This document shows positions 20,055 through 28,418 of a stretch of DNA of 64,000 bases, one piece after another; position 1 is the first letter of the stretch, and each line of letters starts with the position of its first letter. The stretch covers positions 1,088,001-1,152,000 of the forward strand of contig CBDIID010000003.1 in assembly GCA_965279515.1 (NCBI GenBank). The letters run 5' to 3'. The position numbers were made by a program, and so were the translations under genes. Below the pieces are notes generated by a model that saw only the letters and a list, made by a program, of their open reading frames with translations, made no database searches and was not told the DNA's origin. Source of the stretch: Turneriella sp. Lineage in GTDB: Bacteria > Spirochaetota > Leptospiria > Turneriellales > Turneriellaceae.

Positions 20055-20732
20055 ATGTTAAGAATACACTCCTTAATAGCCATGGCAGTGCTTACCGCTC
20101 ACTGCAATAATTATGATCTTTTGGATAAACTGCAAAACCCGGGAACGGCTTCTACTTCTACATTCAAGGAAAGTTTTACCAATAACTATTATGTCTTTGT
20201 CAGTTCATGGACGACGCTCGGTGCTATGAACGGTTCGCCCTACAATTCTGAATGCAGCGGCTCTGTCGGCGATGGCAAAGCCGATTGCGCTTGTACGCGC
20301 GCCGCCATCGCTCGAGGTCTGCGCCGCAGTAGCACGCATGTCTTCAGGGCATGGCTTTCGACGGTAGGCACCAACGCAAAATGTCGTATTCAGGGATTAT
20401 CCAACGGCACCTGCGACCCTGGCGTTTCAGTTCCGTGGTTCAATACGAACGGACAAACAGTGGTGACCAGCTATGCAGGGTTTTTCGCCGGTACCATCGC
20501 TGCTAATATTCGATATGATGAATTTGGCGTCGATCAGGGTGTGCCTCAGGTCTGGACAGGCACCAGCGCGACCGGAACCTACAGCGGTACCAATTGCGCT
20601 GACTGGTTAGATCAGACTTCCGGTGGGTCTGGAACATATGGAGACAGAACTGTCACCACCGCGGTTTGGACGACCAGTACGACACTCGCATGTGATAATA
20701 GCCACCGTATCTATTGCGTCGCCGCACCATAA
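20055..20732 (+). CDS. Cys-rich lipoprotein, DUF1554/endostatin-like
   Basis: Lipobox ..TAHC. Motifs ADCAC, VWTGT, NCADW and HRIYCV. Confidence 0.7.
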   Translation: MLRIHSLIAMAVLTAHCNNYDLLDKLQNPGTASTSTFKESFTNNYYVFVSSWTTLGAMNGSPYNSECSGSVGDGKADCACTRAAIARGLRRSSTHVFRAWLSTVGTNAKCRIQGLSNGTCDPGVSVPWFNTNGQTVVTSYAGFFAGTIAANIRYDEFGVDQGVPQVWTGTSATGTYSGTNCADWLDQTSGGSGTYGDRTVTTAVWTTSTTLACDNSHRIYCVAAP

Positions 20733-20736
20733 ACAC

Positions 20737-21426
20737 ATGAAATCCCACCTGCTCACCTCTGCTCTTCTGTGTATATCGATGCTGCAATGCAACAATTACA
20801 GCCTCGCCGACAAGCTCGCGAATCCTGGCGTAAGCAACAGCACCTCGCAGGAACGCTTAATCGCATTCGTCGCCTCAGCGTCTTCGCTGGCAAATTTTAC
20901 CGGCTACATTGCCGGGGCTTATGCCAGCTGTGCCGGTTTTTCGGGTCAGGGAAGAGCCGACTGCGCCTGCCAAATAATGGCTGCCAATGCCGGGCTTTCC
21001 ATGCCTAAGAGCGGAAAATATATTTCATGGACTAGCATCACCAGCAACGACATGAGATGCCGAATTCAGGGCATATTCAACCAGACGACCTGCGCTTCGA
21101 TCCCGTCCGGTGGACCACTTTGGGTAAATACAAACGGTGTTTCCATTGCCAATGGTTATTCTGGTTTGTTTTCAGGCAATCTCATGTCCGCATTGAACCT
21201 GACTGAAAACAAGGGAGCCCCGCCCAGCACAGACGTCTGGACGGGAACAAATTCCGATGGCACGATTGCCGGCACGGGTGCCACCGCAACCTGTACAGAT
21301 TGGACAGGTGCGGGCAACGGCATTTCCGGGACAACAAATAGCTCTGGTGTAATATGGACGAATAACAGTAGCAGCTCATCATGCTCGAGTTCATCCTTAC
21401 CGGTTTATTGCTTTGCCCAACCTTAA
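20737..21426 (+). CDS. Paralogous DUF1554/endostatin-like lipoprotein
   Basis: Start MKSHLL at 20737, lipobox ..MLQC. Motifs ADCAC, VWTGT, TCTDW and PVYCF. Confidence 0.7.
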   Translation: MKSHLLTSALLCISMLQCNNYSLADKLANPGVSNSTSQERLIAFVASASSLANFTGYIAGAYASCAGFSGQGRADCACQIMAANAGLSMPKSGKYISWTSITSNDMRCRIQGIFNQTTCASIPSGGPLWVNTNGVSIANGYSGLFSGNLMSALNLTENKGAPPSTDVWTGTNSDGTIAGTGATATCTDWTGAGNGISGTTNSSGVIWTNNSSSSSCSSSSLPVYCFAQP

Positions 21427-21429
21427 CCC

Positions 21430-22473
21430 ATGACCCACCGCCCCCTCGGCACGACCGATATTGCCGTCAGCGCCATCTGCCTCGGCACGATGACATGGGG
21501 ATTACAAAATACAGAAGCCGAAGGCCACGAGCAGATGGATTATGCCCTCGGCGAAGGCGTCAATTTTTTTGATACCGCCGAGATGTATGCGATACCGCCC
21601 TCCCCCGAAACCTATGGCACCACCGAAACGATTATCGGTAGCTGGTTCGCGAAACGCAAGAACCGTGATAAAATTATTCTCGCCACCAAGATCGCTGGTA
21701 ACGGCCTCAAGTGGGCCCACAGCGCGAGCAACATCAACCGTGAAAGCCTCATCGCCTCGGTCGAAGGTTCACTCAAGCGCCTGCAAACCGACTATATCGA
21801 CCTCTACCAGCTGCACTGGCCCAACCGCGGTTCTTACCATTTCGGCCAGGCCTGGGATTACAAAATCAAGAAGTCGACCACTACAGAAGAAGAGATCGCA
21901 AACTTCGCCGAAGTGCTTGAAACGCTACAAGAACTGATGGCCGCGGGAAAAATCCGCCATATTGGCCTAAGCAATGAGACGGCCTGGGGCACGATGAAAT
22001 ATTTGCAACTTGCGGAAACAAAGGGCCTGCCCCGTGTTCAATCGATACAGAACGAATACAGCCTTTTGTACCGCCTGCACGAACCCGACCTCATGGAAGT
22101 TTCGCTGCGCGAAAATGTGGGATTGCTCGCGTGGTCACCGCTCGCTTCCGGCCTTATTACCGGTAAATATGCCAACGGCGCGCGGCCCAAGGGGACGCGC
22201 TGGACACTGTCTAATCGCTTTAACCAGCGCGACGTGCCGAATGCGCACGCTGCTGTGGAGCGCTACGCTGAAATTGCAAAAAAGCACAACCTCGATGTGG
22301 CACAGATGGCGCTCGCCTTCGTGCTTTCGCGGCCCTTCGTCACCGCGGCGATCATCGGGGCCACCAGTATGGAACAGCTGAAAACCAATATTGCTGCACA
22401 GCAGCTGACGCTCAGCCAGGAAGTTCTCGATGATATCGCCGCGGCAAGGCGTGATTTTCCGATTCCCTTCTAA
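21430..22473 (+). CDS. Aldo/keto reductase (Tas-like)
   Basis: Motifs CLGTMTWG, DTAEMY, LYQLHWP, GLSNET and QNEYSLL. Confidence 0.92.
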   Translation: MTHRPLGTTDIAVSAICLGTMTWGLQNTEAEGHEQMDYALGEGVNFFDTAEMYAIPPSPETYGTTETIIGSWFAKRKNRDKIILATKIAGNGLKWAHSASNINRESLIASVEGSLKRLQTDYIDLYQLHWPNRGSYHFGQAWDYKIKKSTTTEEEIANFAEVLETLQELMAAGKIRHIGLSNETAWGTMKYLQLAETKGLPRVQSIQNEYSLLYRLHEPDLMEVSLRENVGLLAWSPLASGLITGKYANGARPKGTRWTLSNRFNQRDVPNAHAAVERYAEIAKKHNLDVAQMALAFVLSRPFVTAAIIGATSMEQLKTNIAAQQLTLSQEVLDDIAAARRDFPIPF

Positions 22474-22528
22474 AAAATTTAGACAAATCCTTCCACCATC
22501 CGCATCTATCTGACAGAGGATATCGACG

Positions 22529-23026
22529 GTGGATTTCAACAACTGGGCCGAAACGATCCGCCCGAAACTCATCCGCCTCGCGGCGTCACAACTCAAGGAC
22601 GAACACGAGGCAGAAGATGTGGTGCAGGATACGCTGACCATTCTGTGGCGGCGCGGGCCCGGGGGAATTTCAAACCTCGACGCCTATGCGGCGCGTTCTG
22701 TGTGGCAGAACGCCTCGCAAAAGCGGGCACGGCGCCGCGACGCGCTGCCGCTCGAGACGGAAACTCTGCGGGCCGCGGGGTTTGACGAGCCGGTGGCGCG
22801 TGAGGTTGTTGAAGACCAGCTACAGACCTGGGATATCGAAGAAGCCATCGCCGGCCTCAGCGAAGAGCAGCAAAGCGTCGTGCGCCTGCACTATTATAGC
22901 GGCCTGAGCTTCAGGGAGATCGGCGGAGCCCTCAAAATTTCAATGAATACGGCCGCAAGCCGCTGTCGTTATGCCTTAGATCAGCTGCGGCATAAGCTCG
23001 CGGAGTACGGAGAAAAAGGAGAATAG
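22529..23026 (+). CDS. ECF sigma factor
   Basis: AEDVVQD (region 2) and LSFREIGGALKISMNTAASR (region 4). Confidence 0.9.
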   Translation: MDFNNWAETIRPKLIRLAASQLKDEHEAEDVVQDTLTILWRRGPGGISNLDAYAARSVWQNASQKRARRRDALPLETETLRAAGFDEPVAREVVEDQLQTWDIEEAIAGLSEEQQSVVRLHYYSGLSFREIGGALKISMNTAASRCRYALDQLRHKLAEYGEKGE

Positions 23027-23027
23027 A

Positions 23028-23357
23028 ATGGAAGATAAGAAAGAAGAGAACGCGGTGCGCTTCGGCGGGCACGCCGTGCCTGGCATCGCCGGTGTGATCG
23101 GTGGCGTCGCTTTTGCGGTACTTGTACCATGGGTATTGTTGTCACATGGCCAACTGCTCGGCACCACGGTCTTGACAACGCTGGTGATGATCGCAGTCAT
23201 CGGTGGCGGCGTGATCGCACTCACGGCGGCGTTTTTCAGCCTGGTGATGCCATCGAGCGTCAGCCACGAAAATAAATGGGACCAGTGGGAAAAATGGCAG
23301 AAAATGCAGAAGAAGATGAAGGATGACAAAAATCAGGGCGAGAACAAACCCGAATAA
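23028..23357 (+). CDS. Small two-TM protein coupled to the ECF sigma factor
   Basis: RBS AGGAG; starts 1 nt after the sigma stop; two hydrophobic helices. Confidence 0.75.
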   Translation: MEDKKEENAVRFGGHAVPGIAGVIGGVAFAVLVPWVLLSHGQLLGTTVLTTLVMIAVIGGGVIALTAAFFSLVMPSSVSHENKWDQWEKWQKMQKKMKDDKNQGENKPE

Positions 23358-23393
23358 AAAATCCGCAGGGAGGCTCGCCTCCCTGCGGGTTTG
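23358..23393. terminator. Intrinsic terminator between convergent genes
   Basis: aaa atccgcagggaggc tc gcctccctgcgggt tt. Confidence 0.75.
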
Positions 23394-23396
23394 TCA

Positions 23397-23846
23397 TTAA
23401 CCGGAAATAACCGAGTCGACCGAGAACTTGCCGCCGCCGTTGATGAGAATCGCAACGACGAGCCCAAGCGCAAGAATGAAAAACTCGATGCCCTCGCCCT
23501 TCTGAGCGCCGAACCAGTTCATGAAGAAACCGTTCTCCCAGTGGACCATGAACATGGCCGAGAGCAGAATTACACCGATCCACAGGCTCATGAGACGTGT
23601 ACCGGCACCCGCAAGCAACAGCACACCACCCACAGACTCACCCACGATGACGAGAAATGCGATAATCGCCGGCAGCCCCGCAGTCTTGGTGAAATACTGC
23701 ATCGTGCCTGAAAAACCATAACCGCCAAACCAGCCCAGAAGCTTTTGCGCACCGTGCGGCAGAATCATCGCCGCGAGGGTGAGGCGCAGGATTAACCCCG
23801 TCCAGTCTCCGTTCGTCGAGAGGATGTTTTGAATCAAATTTGTCAT
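23397..23846 (-). CDS. DoxX family membrane protein
   Basis: Motifs HGAQKLLGWFGG, GFFMNW and GEGIEF; AGGAG RBS. Confidence 0.92.
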   Translation of the reverse strand: MTNLIQNILSTNGDWTGLILRLTLAAMILPHGAQKLLGWFGGYGFSGTMQYFTKTAGLPAIIAFLVIVGESVGGVLLLAGAGTRLMSLWIGVILLSAMFMVHWENGFFMNWFGAQKGEGIEFFILALGLVVAILINGGGKFSVDSVISG

Positions 23847-23994
23847 AAAATCTCCTTAAAAGAATTTGTTATGACCTCTGAAAAACACCGTTTTCGGAAC
23901 TCTTCAGACGCCATACATAGCCCATTACAGCGGCCTACTGGCCGGGCGTTTTTCGAAAACGCAAGGCCGCTTTGCGGCCTTCTGGAAAAGGCTT

Positions 23995-24052
23995 TAGTTG
24001 ACTCATCAACCATTAGCCTGAAGATAATGCCAAATAGTTGACTCGTCAACTA
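23995..24052. promoter_or_regulatory. Tandem palindromic operators, likely bound by the adjacent MarR
   Basis: TAGTTGA-CTCA-TCAACCA (23995-24012) and TAGTTGA-CTCG-TCAACTA (24035-24052), 40 bp apart. Confidence 0.75.
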
Positions 24053-24072
24053 AAAGTTGTTATTTTGGTGTT

Positions 24073-24543
24073 ATGAAAAAGATGAGCCCTGCAGTGACGG
24101 TCTGGCGCGATATGCTGGCCTACCACAGTGAAGTCATGTTCCGCACCGAACGGGAACTGAAGGCCGCGGGGGCGATACCGCTCGCCGCGTATGACATCCT
24201 CATCGAACTCGAGACGGTACCTGAAAAAAAAATGCGGCTCTACGATCTCTCGGAAGCTTGCCTGTTAACGAAAAGCGGCGTCACGAAGATGGTCAACACG
24301 CTTGAAAAACAAAACTTGCTGCGCCGCGAACGCTGCCCCGATGACAAGCGCGGTTTCTTCGCCGCAATTACGGATAAGGGAGGTTTTGCGGTGCGCAAGG
24401 CCTGGCTCATCTATAAGAAATGCATCGAGAATTATTTTACCTCGGCGCTCAGCGAAGGGGAAATTGTTCAGCTCGGCAAGATCTTACCCAAGCTGCGGCA
24501 GAACCTGCCGAAAAACTTTATGCAGGAAGCCTGCAGCGAATAA
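24073..24543 (+). CDS. MarR family regulator
   Basis: Motifs YDILIEL, LTKSGVTKMVNTLE and CPDDKRG. Confidence 0.92.
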   Translation: MKKMSPAVTVWRDMLAYHSEVMFRTERELKAAGAIPLAAYDILIELETVPEKKMRLYDLSEACLLTKSGVTKMVNTLEKQNLLRRERCPDDKRGFFAAITDKGGFAVRKAWLIYKKCIENYFTSALSEGEIVQLGKILPKLRQNLPKNFMQEACSE

Positions 24544-24581
24544 ACAAATTGCCGCTGTAGCGCAGGCGGCGATAAAGGTGG

Positions 24582-25856
24582 ATGCAGCTCAAGTGGTACC
24601 ATGCGGCGATCGTCGTCATCACGGCTCTCGCCACCCTGCTGTTCTGGTCGTTTAACCGCGGCCCCGGGCAAATCGCACCGGGGGGCTACCGCAGCTTCAG
24701 CCGCGTCGGCAGCCAGGGCTTTGCGACTCCTGCCGAGCTCGAACGCATGCTCAACCGCAACCCCTCGCATAAGGCAATGCTCGAGGCCTACCGCGTGCAC
24801 GCGCAGTACCCCGATTTTTCGCGGCCGCTCGAGAAGACCATGGTTGACCTCATCGATCCGTGGAAGCATGTCGACGAACCGATGCCACTCATCGACGATG
24901 CGGCGCTGCGCAGCGAAGGCGGCGTCAAAAAGCGGATTGAAGATTTAAAGAAGTCTGGAAAAAAAGACGCGGACATCGAAGCAGATCTCAAAAAATATTA
25001 CGAATCGTTGCCGCGTTACCAGTTTTCAGCCAACCGCCACACGCTCACCTTTGGCGACGAGCTCATCGTCACGCTGAAGGTGACCGACGCCAACGGCGCA
25101 AGGCTTGCCTACACGTTGGGCGATGTCTATGTACTGGGTGACCCCCTCTTCACCAAATCACAGCTGGGTTCGCCCGACTTCAACGACACGGGGATTCCCC
25201 CCGATGGTGTTGCCGACGACGGCATCACCACCTTCAGCTGGAAAATTCCCGGCGAAGATAAAAAGTATTGGGGCAACCTGAAGCTTGTGGTGCAGATCAA
25301 AGCGAAGGGCGCTAAAGAGCCGATTGAAGTTACACATACATTTTTCGCGAGCCCGATCTCACCCGGTAAATTCACCGATAATATCACCGAGCGCCTCGAA
25401 AACGGCAGTCTGGTCATCGACGCCATCGTGGATGTAAAACGGGAATGCAAGTTTGTCTTTCAGGCAAATCTCTACGATTACAGGGGAAATCCTACACACT
25501 GGGTGACAGTAAATTCTGTTCTCGAGCCCGGTTTCAGAACTGTATCCTTTATCTTCTTCGGCAAGATCTTTCATGACAATGGTTATTCGGGCAAGTTTAC
25601 GATGCGCGATCTCAGGGGCACCTGCGAGAACCTACCCTTCCCCGCGCGCTGGATCGGCGACCCGGCGAAGGTCGACGCGATTGCGAATGCCAACCCGCTC
25701 GATGAGCCGGTGCTGTATTACATGCCGTATACGACGAAGACGTACACCACAACGCGGGAATATACGCTGAAAGACTTCAGTAATGCCGAATGGACTTCGC
25801 CGGAAAAAGAGATGCGGATCAGAGATATGGGAGAAGCAGCGAGAGGGGAAAATTAA
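24582..25856 (+). CDS. Membrane-anchored protein with a choice-of-anchor X-like acidic motif
   Basis: N-terminal TM segment; FNDTGIPPDGVADDGITT motif. Confidence 0.6.
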   Translation: MQLKWYHAAIVVITALATLLFWSFNRGPGQIAPGGYRSFSRVGSQGFATPAELERMLNRNPSHKAMLEAYRVHAQYPDFSRPLEKTMVDLIDPWKHVDEPMPLIDDAALRSEGGVKKRIEDLKKSGKKDADIEADLKKYYESLPRYQFSANRHTLTFGDELIVTLKVTDANGARLAYTLGDVYVLGDPLFTKSQLGSPDFNDTGIPPDGVADDGITTFSWKIPGEDKKYWGNLKLVVQIKAKGAKEPIEVTHTFFASPISPGKFTDNITERLENGSLVIDAIVDVKRECKFVFQANLYDYRGNPTHWVTVNSVLEPGFRTVSFIFFGKIFHDNGYSGKFTMRDLRGTCENLPFPARWIGDPAKVDAIANANPLDEPVLYYMPYTTKTYTTTREYTLKDFSNAEWTSPEKEMRIRDMGEAARGEN

Positions 25857-25890
25857 TCCCTTGCCCCGGATTTAAATCCGGAGCAAGGGA
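25857..25890. terminator. Hairpin/terminator between convergent genes
   Basis: tcccttgc c ccggattt aaatccgg a gcaaggga. Confidence 0.7.
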
Positions 25891-25899
25891 AATGGAAAC

Positions 25900-26715
25900 T
25901 TACCTACAGCCTAAGCCCAAACTATAGCACGCATTGTACTCCAGCTTGGCGGCGTTGTTGATCGAGTTTGAATCATCGCCGGTGTGAACACGGTAATAAC
26001 CGTTCTTACCGCTATCCCAGTTACTGCCCGAAGCGCGGCCGCTCCAGATGTAGTGGTATGAGTAGCGCGATCCACTGAGGCAATTCGAGTAGCTGCCCGT
26101 TGTATTGGTACCGCAGGTACTGTGGTATGACACCGCGCCGTCGTCTTCGCCGGGAAGAATCACCGAAGCGCCTGTCCAGGTTGCTTTGTACCCGGCCATC
26201 GCATAGATGCCGATGCCCTTCATGTTATTATGGTTGTACGAACCGCGTGCGTTGCCGGTTTTGAGGGCGTCGACCATGCTGTTCGATTCCCAGAATGCGG
26301 CATTCGCCAGTTCAGAACCGCCGGCGGCGCTCGAAGACGCCCAGATGCGGCGGATGTTGTAAGCCGTTGCGGATTTATCGATAAAATATTCAGAAGCATA
26401 GCAGCCTGCGCTGTGGCAGATGATCGTGCACCAGTTTGCGCCTTTGCATTTTGCTTCAAGCACTTGGTAGAGTTTAGATTGAGCACGGCACGTACCCCAT
26501 GTACGCGGATCAGAAGCACCGTCGTAACCGACAAAGTACTTTGTCGCTGCTGTGGTGATGTTCTTCGATGCGCCCCAATAGTTGTTCACATCTGCGGAAT
26601 ATCCGCCTGCGCTATCGCAGTGGCTGCCCGAGCGGCCATGGACAAAGATCACCGATTCGGCAGCGCTCAGCGCTGACGCTGTAAGAAAGGTCAGGATTAT
26701 ACCTGTTTTAATCAT
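25900..26715 (-). CDS. Secreted Cys-rich alpha/beta-hydrolase (lipase-like)
   Basis: Signal peptide, IFVHG oxyanion block, CHSAG nucleophile, DDGAV. Confidence 0.7.
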   Translation of the reverse strand: MIKTGIILTFLTASALSAAESVIFVHGRSGSHCDSAGGYSADVNNYWGASKNITTAATKYFVGYDGASDPRTWGTCRAQSKLYQVLEAKCKGANWCTIICHSAGCYASEYFIDKSATAYNIRRIWASSSAAGGSELANAAFWESNSMVDALKTGNARGSYNHNNMKGIGIYAMAGYKATWTGASVILPGEDDGAVSYHSTCGTNTTGSYSNCLSGSRYSYHYIWSGRASGSNWDSGKNGYYRVHTGDDSNSINNAAKLEYNACYSLGLGCR

Positions 26716-26848
26716 TTTATTCGTGCTTACTCCTTCACGCAAAACTTGGTTTTAAATTCTGATCAGAAACTATCCAATCAGTTGTAGTATACCGTCTCCA
26801 TGCAGAGCGGTACGCCAAAAAAAGGGTAAACGAATGTGTGTTAATCGA

Positions 26849-26990
26849 GCTTCTTTATGACACAAATGTCATAAAGAAGCGGAGCAAGCGGACGGAACCG
26901 AAAAAGCAAAAAGCAGCGAAGCGCTTTAGCAGCCGCTTGCTTGCAAGCGGCGAGGCTTTTTGCTTTTTCGGAAATCTTCCGTCGGCTTGC
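26849..26990. repeat. Large nested intergenic palindrome
   Basis: A 14-bp perfect hairpin at 26849-26880, then a multibranched stem with a 17-bp perfect arm (26898-26914 pairs with 26955-26971). Confidence 0.8.
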
Positions 26991-26995
26991 GCAGA

Positions 26996-27352
26996 TCAAT
27001 CCGTAAAATAAACCCGCGCCATTTCATAATCGTCGACAGTGGTGAAGAAGGATTTCAATTTTGTAACTTCAAAAATATGATTCACGATGGGCCTGGGCTC
27101 GGTAAAAACCACGCGCGCGTCTTCGTGTTTGCGGATCGCGAGAATAAAATTCACCAGCGCGCCGATGCCCGAAGAATCGATCGTCTCGAGCTCTTCGATG
27201 TCCATGATGATGCGCACGCGCTCTTTGGCCAGCAGCGGCTCAAGCTCGGCGCGAATCGCTTTAGCGGTAAAAAGATTCAGAATGCCGCTGAGAAAACAGA
27301 CCGTGTAACCCTTGTCAGGGATTTCATTAATCAATACCTTGCAGCGATCCAT
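26996..27352 (-). CDS. STAS-domain anti-sigma factor antagonist
   Basis: IDSSGIGAL motif. Confidence 0.9.
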   Translation of the reverse strand: MDRCKVLINEIPDKGYTVCFLSGILNLFTAKAIRAELEPLLAKERVRIIMDIEELETIDSSGIGALVNFILAIRKHEDARVVFTEPRPIVNHIFEVTKLKSFFTTVDDYEMARVYFTD

Positions 27353-27394
27353 CGGTGAGTTATTTTGCAGATGCCCGATGACACGTCGCGTGAA

Positions 27395-28339
27395 TTAAAG
27401 CGCCGAAAATTCCTTCCGCATCTGCTGCCGCTCAGCCACCGTCGGCAGATAACCGCGTCCACCCTCGATATTATCCTTTAGGTGTAGTAGCTTGCGCGTT
27501 GCAGGTATGGCAAACTGCACCTGCGGGTTCGAAAAAATGAATTTTAAAAAGTATTGCGCCCAGGAGGTGATGCCCTTCTCCACCGCCCAGGCTGGTACGG
27601 CCTTGCCGCGCACCTGACGGAAGAGCGCGCCTTGGCCAAAAGGCTCATTCGCAATCACGGCAACCCCGCGCTCGGCTGCCGTCCTGAGTAGAGACGCATG
27701 ATGATGCGTCTCTACTTCGGCGGATGTCTCACCGAGCGAATATGGTATCTGCAGAAAGTCGAGTTTCTCGGCGCGGAGGATTTTTTCGAGTTCGGGAAAA
27801 GCCGACGTCATATAATGCGTCAGGCCAATATATTTGTAAACACCGCGTTCCTTATTTTCGCGCAGGGTTTTCAGCTGCGTGCGCCAGTCGACGAGGTTGT
27901 GGATCTGCATCAGTTCAATTTTTTTGCGCCTGAACTGAGTCAGGGAATCCTGCATCTGGCGCAGGCCCGCTTCACGCCCGGAAATCCAAACCTTGGTCGC
28001 CATAAAGAGATTGGCATTGATGCCCAGATCGGCCGAGACTGCCCCCGTGACTGCTTCGGCATTGCCATACATCGGCGATGAATCGATGAGACGACCGCCT
28101 GCCGCATAAAACGCCTGCAAAACTTCTTTAACTTGTGGGATCTCCCCTGAGGCTAAGCCCACGTCGAAGGTTGAATAGGTGCCGAGACCGAGCCGGGGCA
28201 AAATTTCATCCGTCGCGGGTATTTTGGCTTTAAAAAGCGTTTCTACTTTACTTTCCTTAGCCCAGAGCGGCCCCAACATCAGCGGCAGCGAGGCTGTCGC
28301 GGTTTGTTTCAGGAACTCCCACCGCGTCAGGCCCGGCAT
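27395..28339 (-). CDS. Aldo/keto reductase
   Basis: Motifs LGLGT, IDSSPMYG, ATKVW, MQIHNL and AIPAT. Confidence 0.9.
   Translation of the reverse strand: MPGLTRWEFLKQTATASLPLMLGPLWAKESKVETLFKAKIPATDEILPRLGLGTYSTFDVGLASGEIPQVKEVLQAFYAAGGRLIDSSPMYGNAEAVTGAVSADLGINANLFMATKVWISGREAGLRQMQDSLTQFRRKKIELMQIHNLVDWRTQLKTLRENKERGVYKYIGLTHYMTSAFPELEKILRAEKLDFLQIPYSLGETSAEVETHHHASLLRTAAERGVAVIANEPFGQGALFRQVRGKAVPAWAVEKGITSWAQYFLKFIFSNPQVQFAIPATRKLLHLKDNIEGGRGYLPTVAERQQMRKEFSAL
27687..27716. repeat. GTAG-type REP palindrome in frame inside the aldo/keto reductase
   Basis: AGTAGAGACGCAT-GATG-ATGCGTCTCTACT, a perfect 13-bp inverted repeat. Confidence 0.8.
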
Positions 28340-28418
28340 GCGTCAAAACGTCCCTACCCGACGCGGGGACAGCCGATTTTTTTTGCAACCGGGAAACAGG
28401 CCCCTGCATCTCAAAGTC

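Noticed and set aside
23843..24049. 68-70 aa ORFs in the doxX-marR intergenic region
   Set aside because: They overlap the operators and hairpins and have no RBS or protein-like features.
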